From an uncultured Ruminococcus sp. (lineage in GTDB: Bacteria > Bacillota > Clostridia > Oscillospirales > Ruminococcaceae), in assembly GCA_946544695.1 (NCBI GenBank), contig CAMNMO010000001.1:1-41763 (forward strand): a DNA stretch of 41,763 nucleotides, written 5' to 3'. A program made the position numbers and the translations under genes. This document shows, piece after piece, positions 1-10,200 of this stretch. Under the pieces are notes generated by a model, which worked only from the letters and a program-made list of their open reading frames with translations, ran no database searches and was not told the origin of the DNA. Positions within the stretch are counted from its first letter, which is position 1. Every line of letters begins with the position of its first letter.

Positions 1-31
1 TTTCGTTCTTGCCAACACGAATTTCTGCCAA
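1..31 (-). CDS. rpsU: 30S ribosomal protein S21, 5' end only (runs off window)
   Basis: Minus strand reads TTG GCA GAA ATT CGT GTT GGC AAG AAC GAA (MAEIRVGKNE), resembling the S21 N-terminus; GGGAGGG SD at 39-45. Confidence 0.75.
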   Translation of the reverse strand, partial: MAEIRVGKNE

Positions 32-195
32 AATGTTTCCCTCCCTTTGCCACCTGTGACAGAGGTAATTTCACGACCGCTTCCGCACACCACAAGGGTG
101 ATAGTGAAGGTCTGCTTTGTGCAAACTTGAAACGCCAAAACGTTCTCTCTGTCTAAGATCTGCGGAAACCTTACAGTCGAATAAATTACAAGTTA

Positions 196-224
196 ATTAT
201 ACTATATTTTGTTCCAAAAGTCAA
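196..224 (-). promoter_or_regulatory. sigma-A promoter for rpsU
   Basis: TTGACT-17 nt-TATAAT on minus strand. Confidence 0.7.
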
Positions 225-304
225 TAGTATCAATGATATTTTTAAAATTTACCTGCAAATATTTTCGTTCATAATTTGGTTATTTTGACAATATTGAACA
301 AATA

Positions 305-330
305 TCGGGGCAGACCGCAGCCTGCCCCGC
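305..330 (-). terminator. probable intrinsic terminator after leuS
   Basis: CGGGGCAG...CTGCCCCG hairpin immediately after the leuS stop; weak U-tract. Confidence 0.55.
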
Positions 331-335
331 ATCGT

Positions 336-2765
336 TTATTTTACAACTATATTTACCAGCTTGTTGGGAACATATATCTCCTTGACAACCGTCTTGCCGT
401 CAGTGAGCTTTGCAATGCTCTCCTCAGCCTTTGCCTTCGCAAGTACACTGTCCTTGTCCTCGTCAACGGCAATGTTCAGCTTTGCCTTTACCTTGCCGTT
501 TATCTGTACAACTATCTCAACAGTGTCCTCCACCAGCTGTGCCTCGTCGTATGTGGGCCAGCTCTCATAAGCGATGGTCTCGGTGTGACCCAGTATGCTC
601 CACATCTCCTCACCTATGTGCGGCGAGATGCAGGACAGCATCTTGATAAGACCCTCAGCATACTCTCTGGGGCAGCTGCCGTTCTTGTATACAGCATTTA
701 CGAATATCATCATCTGCGCAATGGCAGTGTTGAATGCCAGCTGCTCGTAGTCGTCTGATACCTTCTTGACTGTCTGATGGTATACCTTAGTCAGCGCACC
801 GTCATTGTCCTCTGTGATGTTTGAAGGTTCAGTGAAGAAATTCCATACTCTGTTCAGGAACCTCTTTGCACCCTCAACACCGCTCTGGCTCCAGGGCTTG
901 GATACCTCCAGCGGTCCCATGAACATCTCGTAAAGTCTCAGTGTGTCCGCACCGAAATCCCTGATTATGTCAGAAGGATTTACAACATACTTCGGGAATC
1001 TCTTACCCATCTTAACACCGTTCTCACCAAGTATCATGCCCTGGTGCACCAGCTTCTTGAAAGGCTCCTTGGTGGGTGCCAGACCCTTGTCGTACAGGTA
1101 TCTGTTCCAGATACGTGAATACATCAGGTGTCCCACAGCATGCTCGGGTCCGCCTATGTAAAGGTCAACAGGCATCCAGTGCTTCAGCAGTTCCTGATTT
1201 GCGAATTCCTTGTCGTTGTGTGGGTCGATGTATCTCAGGAAGTACCAGCTCGAACCCGCACTGCCTGGCATTGTGGAGGTCTCCCTCACACCCTTTATGC
1301 CGTTATGGTCGTACTGCTTCCACTCTGTCGCATTCTCCAGAGGTGCCTTGCCGTTCTTGCCCTTGTAGTCGTCCAGCTCAGGCAGTATCAGCGGCAGTTC
1401 ATCATCATCGAGAACATGTATGCCGTCCGCTGTGTGTACCACAGGCACAGGCTCGCCCCAGTATCTCTGGCGTGCGAATATCCACTCACGGAAATGATAG
1501 TTCACAGTGCGCTTAGCCCTGCCCATCTTTTCCAGCTTGACAGTTATGGCTTCCTTAGCCTCCTCAACGGTCATGCCTGTGAATTCCTCTGAATTTATCA
1601 GCTTGTATCCCTTGCCCAGATACTCGCCCTTCTCCATTGCAGCTTCGGAAACGTCAATGTGTCCGTCCTTGCCGTCAATTACCTGTATCATGTCTATGTT
1701 GTGAGCCACAGCATACTCAAAGTCTCTCTGGTCGTGGCTCGGTACAGCCATTACAGCACCCGTGCCGTAGCTTGCCAGCACGAAGTCGCCTATGAACATG
1801 CGTACTTCCTTGCCGTTTACGGGGTTTATGCAGGTAACGCCCTTCAGCTCGCAGCCCGACTTTGTCTTGTTGAGCTCGGTGCGGTCCATGTCATTCTTCT
1901 TCTTGGTCTCGTCGATGTACGCCTGTACCTCTTCACGGTTCTGCACCCTGTCCAGCAGACTTTCTGTTATCGCACCGTCAGGCGCCAGCACCATAAATGT
2001 GATACCGTAGATGGTCTCGATACAAGTGGTGAATATGGAGAACTTTCCTCCGCCCACGATATCGAATTCCACCTCTACACCTGTTGACTTGCCTATCCAG
2101 TTGCGCTGCATGGACTTTGTTGACTCGGGCCAGTCTATCTCGTCAAGACCCTCCAGCAGCTTTTCTGCAAAAGCAGGCTGGTCTATTACCCACTGCTTCA
2201 TGTTCTTTCTGACAACAGGGTAGCCGCCTCTCTCGGACTTTCCGTCTATGACCTCATCGTTCGAGAGAACTGTGCCCAGTTCCTCACACCAGTTTACAGG
2301 CATGTCGATGTACTTTGCATAACCGTCCAGATACAGCTGCTTGAATATCCACTGTGTCCACTTGTAGTACTCAGGGTCGGAAGTTGCTATCATCTTCGAC
2401 CAGTCATAGTCAAAGCCCAGCTCCTTCAGCTGTTTGGAGAATGTCTTTATGTTCTCCTGTGTGAAGCCGTTGGGGTGGTTGCCTGTTGTTACCGCATACT
2501 GTTCTGCGGGCAGACCGAATGAGTCGTAGCCCATAGGGTGCAGTACGTTGTAGCCCTGCATCCTCTTCATACGTGATACTATATCACTTGCGGTGTAGCC
2601 CTCAGGGTGTCCCGCATGAAGACCCACGCCCGAAGGATAGGGGAACATGTCCAGCGCATAGAACTTGGGCTTCGAGAAATCCCATACATCTGTCTTGAAA
2701 GTCTCATGCTCCTCCCAGTATTTCTGCCATTTCTTTTCAACGGCACTGTGATCGTAATTCTGCAT
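336..2765 (-). CDS. leuS: leucine--tRNA ligase
   Basis: 809 aa; LDMFPYPSGxGLHAGH, GTGAVMAVPSHDQRD, RQRYWGEP, YIGGPEHAV, C-terminal VVQINGK...LVNIVV. Confidence 0.97.
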   Translation of the reverse strand: MQNYDHSAVEKKWQKYWEEHETFKTDVWDFSKPKFYALDMFPYPSGVGLHAGHPEGYTASDIVSRMKRMQGYNVLHPMGYDSFGLPAEQYAVTTGNHPNGFTQENIKTFSKQLKELGFDYDWSKMIATSDPEYYKWTQWIFKQLYLDGYAKYIDMPVNWCEELGTVLSNDEVIDGKSERGGYPVVRKNMKQWVIDQPAFAEKLLEGLDEIDWPESTKSMQRNWIGKSTGVEVEFDIVGGGKFSIFTTCIETIYGITFMVLAPDGAITESLLDRVQNREEVQAYIDETKKKNDMDRTELNKTKSGCELKGVTCINPVNGKEVRMFIGDFVLASYGTGAVMAVPSHDQRDFEYAVAHNIDMIQVIDGKDGHIDVSEAAMEKGEYLGKGYKLINSEEFTGMTVEEAKEAITVKLEKMGRAKRTVNYHFREWIFARQRYWGEPVPVVHTADGIHVLDDDELPLILPELDDYKGKNGKAPLENATEWKQYDHNGIKGVRETSTMPGSAGSSWYFLRYIDPHNDKEFANQELLKHWMPVDLYIGGPEHAVGHLMYSRIWNRYLYDKGLAPTKEPFKKLVHQGMILGENGVKMGKRFPKYVVNPSDIIRDFGADTLRLYEMFMGPLEVSKPWSQSGVEGAKRFLNRVWNFFTEPSNITEDNDGALTKVYHQTVKKVSDDYEQLAFNTAIAQMMIFVNAVYKNGSCPREYAEGLIKMLSCISPHIGEEMWSILGHTETIAYESWPTYDEAQLVEDTVEIVVQINGKVKAKLNIAVDEDKDSVLAKAKAEESIAKLTDGKTVVKEIYVPNKLVNIVVK

Positions 2766-2828
2766 TTTGATTCATCACCTTTGTCATGTAAAGATAGCCC
2801 CGCACGGGGCAAAAAGATCCTGAATTTT

Positions 2829-2857
2829 ATTATACCATATTTATCCGTGCATTGCAA
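2829..2857 (-). promoter_or_regulatory. sigma-A promoter for leuS
   Basis: TTGCAA-17 nt-TATAAT with extended TG, about 65 nt upstream of the ATG. Confidence 0.65.
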
Positions 2858-2898
2858 TACCCATTCACAGCTGTTTTCCATGCAGCCGCAGGCACCTG

Positions 2899-3267
2899 TC
2901 AGTCCTTTGTCACGAACTTGGATATATCCACCTCGTGTCCGTCGCTCCACAGTCTTTCCAGCTTGTACTGGTCACGGGTCTCCTTGTTGAATACGTGCAC
3001 CACTATGTCACGGTAATCCAGCACTATCCAGTTGTTGGGACCGTAGCCCTCAGTGTGGTGTGGTTCAAGTCCCAGCTGCGACAGCCTGAACTCTACCTCC
3101 TCAGCCATAGCCTTTGTCTGCACGGTGGAACCGCCGTTTGCTATCACAAAGTAGTCAGCCAGTATGGTCAGGTCACCTATGCCGATAGCCTGTATCTCCT
3201 CGCCCCTCTTTGAATCAAGTGCCTTGACTATTATTTCCAGCTTCTGCTCGGTAGTTATATCTGCCAT
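2899..3267 (-). CDS. rsfS: ribosome silencing factor (Iojap/RsfS)
   Basis: ADYFVIANG, WIVLDY, VVHVF, YKLERLW motifs; yhbY-nadD-yqeK-rsfS synteny. Confidence 0.95.
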   Translation of the reverse strand: MADITTEQKLEIIVKALDSKRGEEIQAIGIGDLTILADYFVIANGGSTVQTKAMAEEVEFRLSQLGLEPHHTEGYGPNNWIVLDYRDIVVHVFNKETRDQYKLERLWSDGHEVDISKFVTKD

Positions 3268-3286
3268 ATTATTTCCTCCTGTATCC

Positions 3287-3865
3287 TTACTTTTTGAATC
3301 TTATGTATTCGTTATAAGCCTCCAGCGTCGCTGCGGGTATGCTGTTCCCCTTGCTCACCGAATCGCTTATCGAGAACCTCAGTGCCTCGCACATGGCACG
3401 CTCCAGGTTCTTTTCAGCCAGCTTGCGCATTCTCCCCACGTCCTTGTAGTCACGGTCAGCCGATATCAGGTCTGCCATGTATATTATGACGTCCAGCTTG
3501 CTCATTCCGCCCGCTGCCACCGTGTGACGGCGTATGGCGGTTATTATCTCGGGGTCATGTATCCCGAAAAGCGACTGCACCAGCTCCGCACCCGCTATCG
3601 CATGGTAAAGCGGCACCGACTCAGTCTCTATCTCACAAACGTCCAGCTGCGACTGCATCACCAGCTCCAGCTGTTCCTCCGCAGGCAGCTCCTTAGCTAT
3701 GTCGTGCAGCAGTCCCGCAGTGTATGCCTTGTCAGTGTCGCCGTCATACTTCCTTGCCAGCTCCACCGCAGCAGCAGCCACGTTCAGCGAATGTGTGTAC
3801 CGCTTCTTCGACAGATGCTCCCTCAGATATTTTTTGTATATTCCTATTTGCTTGGATTCTTTCAA
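3287..3865 (-). CDS. yqeK: HD-domain bis(5'-nucleosyl)-tetraphosphatase YqeK
   Basis: RYTHS, AGLLHDIAKE, AIRRHT, IYMAD motifs; directly downstream of nadD. Confidence 0.92.
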   Translation of the reverse strand: MKESKQIGIYKKYLREHLSKKRYTHSLNVAAAAVELARKYDGDTDKAYTAGLLHDIAKELPAEEQLELVMQSQLDVCEIETESVPLYHAIAGAELVQSLFGIHDPEIITAIRRHTVAAGGMSKLDVIIYMADLISADRDYKDVGRMRKLAEKNLERAMCEALRFSISDSVSKGNSIPAATLEAYNEYIRFKK

Positions 3866-3867
3866 CT

Positions 3868-4476
3868 TTACCCCTCTTGCTTTCTATACAGTCCCTTGCT
3901 GCGTATGTACTCTGTTACCCTTTCATCGAGAAGTCCCGTGCAGTCACCGCCTTCTGCCAGCAGTGCCCTCACCTGCGAACTTGATATCTCCAGCGCCTTC
4001 ATATTCACGAGCCTTACCTCGCCGCCCTCAGCCCGCAGCACCTCTGCCGCAGCTTCAAGCTTATCGTCATCGCCTTCGTATCTTGTCATGCAGATAAGCC
4101 CTGCCAGCGTCAGTATCTCGCTGTAACAGTACCACTTGCGGAAACTTGTCAGCATATCGCTGCCCATTATGAACCACAGCCTGTCATCAGGATATACCTC
4201 GTGGAAATGCCTCAGCGTTATCACCGAATAGCTCAGCCCCTCACGGCGTATCTCCCAGTCGCTGACCTCAGCACCGTCAATATCCCCGACAGCAAGCCTG
4301 CACATCGCCAGCCTGTCCTCCCCCGAGACTAAGTTTTCAGCATGCTTGTGGGGCGGTATCCTGTCAGGCAGAACTATCACCCGATCAAGCCCGCCGTGCT
4401 CCTTCGCCATTTTCAAAAGCCTTACATGGCCCTTGTGTATCGGGTCGAAGGTCCCGCCGTAAATGCCGATGTTCAC
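3868..4476 (-). CDS. nadD: nicotinate-nucleotide adenylyltransferase
   Basis: GGTFDPIHKGH, PPHK, FIMGSD, ISSSQVR motifs. Confidence 0.96.
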   Translation of the reverse strand: MNIGIYGGTFDPIHKGHVRLLKMAKEHGGLDRVIVLPDRIPPHKHAENLVSGEDRLAMCRLAVGDIDGAEVSDWEIRREGLSYSVITLRHFHEVYPDDRLWFIMGSDMLTSFRKWYCYSEILTLAGLICMTRYEGDDDKLEAAAEVLRAEGGEVRLVNMKALEISSSQVRALLAEGGDCTGLLDERVTEYIRSKGLYRKQEG

Positions 4477-4769
4477 TTGGCTTTAAGCCTTATAACAGGC
4501 TCCTCCTCGTTGCGCTTGTACAGCACCAGGTTCGACCCGATGACCTGCACCACCTCAGCGCCTATCTTCTCAGCCAATTCCTCAGCCGCCTCCCTTGCAG
4601 TGTACAGCGAGTTGTCCAGCACCTTCACCTTTATCAGCTCGTGTACCCTCAGGTAATCGTCTATCTGCGCAGTCTGCGCATCGTTCAGTCCGCCCTTGCC
4701 TATCTGAAATGCGGGGCGTATCTTCATAGCCATGCTTTTAAGCTCTGCTCTCTGCTTAGTCGTTATCAT
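4473..4769 (-). CDS. yhbY: CRM-domain RNA-binding protein YhbY
   Basis: QIGKGGL, HELIKVKVL, VQVIG motifs; 98 aa. Confidence 0.95.
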   Translation of the reverse strand: MITTKQRAELKSMAMKIRPAFQIGKGGLNDAQTAQIDDYLRVHELIKVKVLDNSLYTAREAAEELAEKIGAEVVQVIGSNLVLYKRNEEEPVIRLKAK

Positions 4770-4803
4770 ATTATTTCCTTTCGGTCGTAAGTATCATTTA
4801 TCA

Positions 4804-5430
4804 TCATAAATATCCTGCAATGCCGTCAAAGACCTGCCCTGCCGTGTAGTCAGCAAGCCTGTCCCTTGTCAGACCCTCTGCTTCAAAAAACTTCTTTGCC
4901 GCTTCAACGCCCTTTGCATTGTAAAAACCAAAATCCTTCAGCATGCGTTCCAGCTTGTCCTTGTCCTCGTTGAACAAAAGCTCTCTCAGCGTCTGAAAAG
5001 CCCGCTGCATATCGCCACGCCCGTCGTCCAGCCATGTCACCTGTATGCCCTTGTTCTTTGAGAACTCAAACATGTCTATCAGCTTCATCGCCCCGCCGAA
5101 GTCGTCCCTCGCCGCTATCTCGACTTTCCTTATGCCGCCCATCACCAGCGTGCCCATGCACATTATGCACGGCTCCAGACCCGCATGCAGGGTGCTGCCC
5201 CATTTGTTCGGGTATTTTCCCCTGTCAAGGGCACGTATCGCTTCCGTCTCGGCATGCGCCACCGCAGGGTTAGGTATCACAGTCTCGCAGGTCATGTTCC
5301 TGCCCTCTGATATTATCCTGCCCTCATCATCGGTGATGACTGCCGCTATCGCCTTGCTTCCCTCACAGAGTGATATCCATTCCAGCTCGAATATCCTCTG
5401 CCAGTGCTTTTCCAGTTCATCGTATCTCAT
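4804..5430 (-). CDS. zinc-dependent nucleoside/nucleobase deaminase (TadA/guanine deaminase-like) with C-terminal extension
   Basis: AHAE and EPCIMC zinc motifs; start overlaps the rdgB stop (ATGA). Confidence 0.85.
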   Translation of the reverse strand: MRYDELEKHWQRIFELEWISLCEGSKAIAAVITDDEGRIISEGRNMTCETVIPNPAVAHAETEAIRALDRGKYPNKWGSTLHAGLEPCIMCMGTLVMGGIRKVEIAARDDFGGAMKLIDMFEFSKNKGIQVTWLDDGRGDMQRAFQTLRELLFNEDKDKLERMLKDFGFYNAKGVEAAKKFFEAEGLTRDRLADYTAGQVFDGIAGYL

Positions 5431-6005
5431 CTTGCTTTAAGCTGCTCTTCCAGCTTCCTCAGTGCGTCCGCCCTGTGGGAGACCGCATTCTTTTCCTCAG
5501 CGGGTATCTCGGCAAAACTCCTTCCCTTGTAGATGAACACAGGGTCATACCCGAACCCGTTCTCACCCACAGGTTCACGGCTTATGTCACCGTATACCCT
5601 GCCTTCAACACATATCTCGCTGCCGTCTGTATCAATGAAGTGTATCGTACACACAAAGTGCGCACCCCTCTTGTCATCGGGAACGTCCTCCAGTTTTTTC
5701 AGCAGATATGCACATCTTTCCTTGTCATCGTCAATGCCGCCGTACCTCGCCGAATATACACCCGGTGCACCGTCCAGCGCATCGACAGCCAGTCCGCTGT
5801 CATCAGCCAGCACCGCACAGCCCAGTTCCTTGTAAGCTGCCCTTGCCTTCAGCGCCGAGTTTTCAGCAAAGGTCGTTCCTGTCTCCTCGACCTCCAGCGT
5901 CAGCCCCGCCTCCGACTGACTCATCACCTCGTAGCCGTGCTTTTCCAGCAGCTGCTTGTATTCTCTTATCTTGCCTTTATTGTTGCTTGCTATCACAAGT
6001 TTCAT
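5427..6005 (-). CDS. rdgB: RdgB/HAM1 non-canonical purine NTP pyrophosphatase
   Basis: SNNKGK, ADDSGL, PGVYSARY, GFGYDPVF, SHR motifs. Confidence 0.96.
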   Translation of the reverse strand: MKLVIASNNKGKIREYKQLLEKHGYEVMSQSEAGLTLEVEETGTTFAENSALKARAAYKELGCAVLADDSGLAVDALDGAPGVYSARYGGIDDDKERCAYLLKKLEDVPDDKRGAHFVCTIHFIDTDGSEICVEGRVYGDISREPVGENGFGYDPVFIYKGRSFAEIPAEEKNAVSHRADALRKLEEQLKAR

Positions 6006-6097
6006 TTTTTCACTTCCGCCCTTATTTTTCTTATCCGCCGATATTGTAAAGCTCGTTCCACCTTACATCTCCCGCTCTCAGCATCTCCATGAACTCG

Positions 6098-6334
6098 TCA
6101 AGGCTGCATTCCTCGTGTGTCACATTCTCGGACCTGTCCTGTATCCTCGGTCAGCCACGCAAAATACCACACCCCCGTCAGCCTGTCGGCAACCTCAAAG
6201 TGATAGCAGTCATAATACATGGCACCTGAGTTTTCTTTCCTGATATAGCTCTCAAACCTTACCTTTGGTATATCCTTCGGCACCGTGTGCCTTTTCTGCT
6301 CACGGCATATTATGCCAAAGTCGATAAGTATCAT
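6098..6334 (-). CDS. hypothetical protein (possibly frameshifted, may extend to 6031)
   Basis: AAGGTG SD then ATG right after the ftsY stop; fills the ftsY-rdgB gap. Confidence 0.5.
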   Translation of the reverse strand: MILIDFGIICREQKRHTVPKDIPKVRFESYIRKENSGAMYYDCYHFEVADRLTGVWYFAWLTEDTGQVRECDTRGMQP

Positions 6335-6345
6335 TCAGCCGCACC

Positions 6346-7251
6346 TTATTCAAACAGTGCGTCCACAAAATCCCTTGCCACGAAAGGCTGTATATCGTCT
6401 ATCTTCTCACCCACTGTTATGAGCTTTACAGGGATCTTCAGGTCATCACATATCGTTATGACGATACCGCCCTTTGCAGTGCCGTCCAGCTTTGTCAGTA
6501 TTATACCTGTGATGTTCGCAGCCTCGTTGAACTGTTCAGCCTGGTTTACCGCATTCTGTCCCGTTGTCGCATCAAGTGCCAGCAGAACTTCCAGCGCACA
6601 GCCCTCAGCCTGCTGATGAACTATCCTCGATATCTTCTCCAGCTCGTTCATCAGGTTCTTCTTGTTGTGGAGCCTGCCCGCAGTGTCGCATATAACCACA
6701 TCAGCCTTCCTTGCCTTTGCAGCAGTCAGCGCATCGAACACCACAGCCGCAGGGTCGGAACCCTCCTTGTGCTTTATCAGTTCAACGCCTGCCCTGTCAG
6801 TCCATACCTCCAGCTGATCTATCGCCGCAGCCCTGAATGTGTCCGCAGCTGCCACAATGACCTTCTTGCCCTCGTTTTTCAGCTGATTTGCAAGCTTGCC
6901 GATGGTGGTGGTCTTGCCCACACCGTTGACGCCTATGACCAGTATCACAGATGGTGTGGTGGACAGATCCAGCGGCTGTTCCTCGCCCAGCATCTCAGCT
7001 ATTACATCTTTGAGTATGTCCTTTATCATCGAAGGGTCGGTTATACCCTTCTGCTTTACGTAATCACGTACCCTGTCGCATATCTTCACCGAAGTGTTCA
7101 CACCGATATCCGAAAGTATCAGCGTCTCCTCCAGTTCTTCAAACAGGTCCTCATCTATCTTTGTGAATGCATGCAGCAGTCTCTCTATCCTGCCCATCAT
7201 CGACTCTTTAGTTTTTCTAAGACCGTTTTTCAGTTTTTCAAAAAATCCCAT
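6346..7251 (-). CDS. ftsY: signal recognition particle receptor FtsY
   Basis: GVNGVGKTTT, DTFRAAA, DTAGR, TKLDGTAKGG. Confidence 0.98.
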   Translation of the reverse strand: MGFFEKLKNGLRKTKESMMGRIERLLHAFTKIDEDLFEELEETLILSDIGVNTSVKICDRVRDYVKQKGITDPSMIKDILKDVIAEMLGEEQPLDLSTTPSVILVIGVNGVGKTTTIGKLANQLKNEGKKVIVAAADTFRAAAIDQLEVWTDRAGVELIKHKEGSDPAAVVFDALTAAKARKADVVICDTAGRLHNKKNLMNELEKISRIVHQQAEGCALEVLLALDATTGQNAVNQAEQFNEAANITGIILTKLDGTAKGGIVITICDDLKIPVKLITVGEKIDDIQPFVARDFVDALFE

Positions 7252-7287
7252 TATAACAGACCCCTTTCGGTTTGTATCATCATTTTA

Positions 7288-10200
7288 TCAGTCAAGCCCG
7301 TCAGACCCGAGTATGCTCGTCTGACCCGCATTCATTTTCAGCAGCTTTGATATGCCCTTTTCCTGCATCGTCACACCGTAAAGCACATCAGCTTCCTCCA
7401 TCGTGCCACGACGGTGTGTTATGGTTATGAACTGCGTCTTGTCAGTCAGCCTGTGCAGATACTGCGCATACCTCGTAACATTCACATCATCGAGCGCCGC
7501 CTCTATCTCGTCCAGCAGACAGAAGGGTGCGGGCGAATACCTGAATATTGCAAAGTATATCGCTATCGCCGCCATCGCCTGCTCGCCGCCCGAAAGCGAC
7601 ATAAGGCTCGTTATCACCTTTCCGGGAGGCTGCACGCTTATCTCGATGCCGCATTCCAGCACGTTCTCGGGGTCGGTCAGTATCAGCTCGCCGCTTCCCC
7701 CGCCGAAAAGCTCCTTGAATATGCTCTTGAAATTGCGGTTTATCTCATCAAAGCTCTGCATGAACACCGATTTCATCTTCTCGGTCAGCTCGTCTATCAG
7801 CCTGCAAAGCTCGTCCTTCGATACGTTCACATCTGTCAGCTGCGCCGACAGGAAATCATATCTCTCCCTTACCTCAGCGTATTCTTCTATCGCCCCCAGG
7901 TTGACGCTGCCCAGCGCACGTATCTTGTTTTTAAGCTCGGTCAGGTGCTTCTCCGCAGCTGCCATGTCCTCCACAGGCTGTGCCTGTTCGGCGGCAGTCG
8001 TGCGTGTCAGCTCATATTCGTCCCACAGCTTGTTCACCAGCTTGTCAAAGTCCGCCGAAACTGCGTTCCTGCGCTCCTCTCCACGGCTCAGCTGTGTCGC
8101 CAGGTTCTCCTTTTCGTCCAGCTTGTTCTTCTGTGAAGCCCGCAGCTTTTCTGCGCTCTCACCAAACTCCCGCTGCCTGCGGCGTTCCTCCTCCAGCTGC
8201 CTTGTCAGCTTTTCGGCTTCCTCACCGCTGTCCTTTATCTTCTGCCTTATGAACTCTATGTCAGCCTGCTTGCCCTTTATCTTTTCCTTTTCGTTCTCGA
8301 TGTCCAGCGTCAGCTTGCCGCTGTCACTGTCACGGTCGTCGATGGTCTTTTCCAGCTGTGCTATGGCATCTTTGCAGCTGCCTATATCCTTCGATATCTC
8401 AGCGCCCCTTACTCTCATCTCCGAAAGTTCTGCGCTTATCTCGTTTCTGCGTTCACGCAGCCTTTCCTGCTCTCCCTGCGAATCTGTCAGCGCAGCTTCC
8501 TTTTCGAGTATCAGCCTGTCCACCTCGGCAGTGTCATTCAGGGTCTTGTCAAGGTCCTTGTCAGCCTGTAAGCCCTTCTCTTTCAGCTCACGCTCCTTCT
8601 CGCCGCTGTCCGCAAGGGTCTTGTCGCAGCTTTCGATAAGCTCGCTTACCCGCTTTATCTCCAGCTCCAGTCTCAGGCAGTCAGCCGAAAGCTGTGTTAT
8701 GTTCTCCCTGACGCCCTCTATGTCTGCCGAAAGCTTTGCAGCTTCATTGCTAAGCTTTTCCTTTTCTTCCGCAGCCGACTTTCTGTCGCCCTCAAGCTTC
8801 TGCCTTTTCGCTTCAAGCTCGTTTATCTCATTTTTTCTTGTAAGTATGCCCGTGCTTTTTGAAACGCTGCCGCCCGTGTATGAACCGCCTGCGTTCACCA
8901 CCTGTCCGTCCAGCGTTACTATGCGGAATTTGTATCCGTAAGTCCTGGCTATCCTCGAGGCTGCATCTATGTCCTCCGCTATGCATATCCTGCCCAGCAG
9001 ACTCCTGACTATACCCTCATACTTCTTGTCGTAAGTCACGATGTCGCAGCCCAGCGCCACAAAGCCGTCCTCGCCCGAAAGCCTGTCGTTTTCCAGCCTT
9101 GTGCCCCTGACCGATGTCAGCGGCAGGAAAGTCGCTCTGCCCGCCTTGCTCTCCTTCAGCAGACGTATACCACGCTTTGCATGATCTTCAGTCTCGGTGA
9201 CTATGTTCTGCAAAGCACCGCCCAGCGCAGTCTCAACTGCCACCGAATACCTGCTCTCGGCAGCTATCAGCTGCGCCACAGTCCCGCAGATACCGCTTAT
9301 GCGCCCCTGCTTTACTGCGTTCATTATATGCTTTACCGAGTAGCCGAAACCCTCCATCGAACGTTCCAGGTCCTTTAGTATGTTCAGCCTGCTGACAGTC
9401 TCTGTCAGCGCACTGTCCGCCTGCGTGAATGTCGCAGCCGCCGCATCAAGCTTGTCTCTGCGCTTTTCGAGCAGCTTTGTCATTCCCCCCAGAACATTCT
9501 CTTTTTCCGACTTCGATTCCTGTGCCTGCGTCAGCCTGCCCTTCAATTTTGCAAGCTCCTTGTCCGCAAGCTCCCTGTTCTTTTCGGTCTCCTGTCTGTC
9601 CTCAGCCAGCTCGCCAAGCTGCTCGGCAGTTTCCTGTATGGTATTTTTCAGGTTCTCCGCCGTGAAACTCAGCCTTGACTTTTCCAGATAAGCCGCACTT
9701 ATCTGCGAGTTCACCTCGCTCACAGCCTTGTCCGATCTGTCAGCCTCGTCCAGCAGTTCTCCGAATTCCTTTTCCTTTTCAGCAACAGCCCTTTCAGCTT
9801 CGGTCTGCTTTTTGCCCAGGTCATCAAGTTCGTCCCTGCGCTGTTTCAGTTCCGATTCCAGAAAATACTTGTCCGCCTTTGAATTCTCTATCTGCTCACG
9901 CAGCCTTGCTATGTTCTCCTCGATATGCGCAATGTCGTTTTCACACACCGCTATCTCGGCTTCACCGCCACGCCCCGCAAGCTCGGCTTCATGTATCTTC
10001 TCACTTATGTCCTCCGCATTTGCCGCACACTGTGCGCTCATGCGCAGTCCTTCTTCTATCTGCTTCTCCGATTCCGCAAGCTCTTCGCTCAGCGCCGAAT
10101 ACTGCTCATTCAGAAGCTTTATGCGCTCCTCGGTCTCGGCAAGCTTCACACGGTACTGTTCCAGCCTTGTCACCCACACCGATACCTCCAGTGCAGTCTT

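Noticed and set aside
7403-8941. 512-aa plus-strand ORF (and similar long plus-strand ORFs over leuS, yqeK/nadD, plsX, topA, TrmH, aconitase)
   Set aside because: Antisense shadows of well-supported minus-strand genes; Ser/Leu/Phe-rich with no motifs or SD
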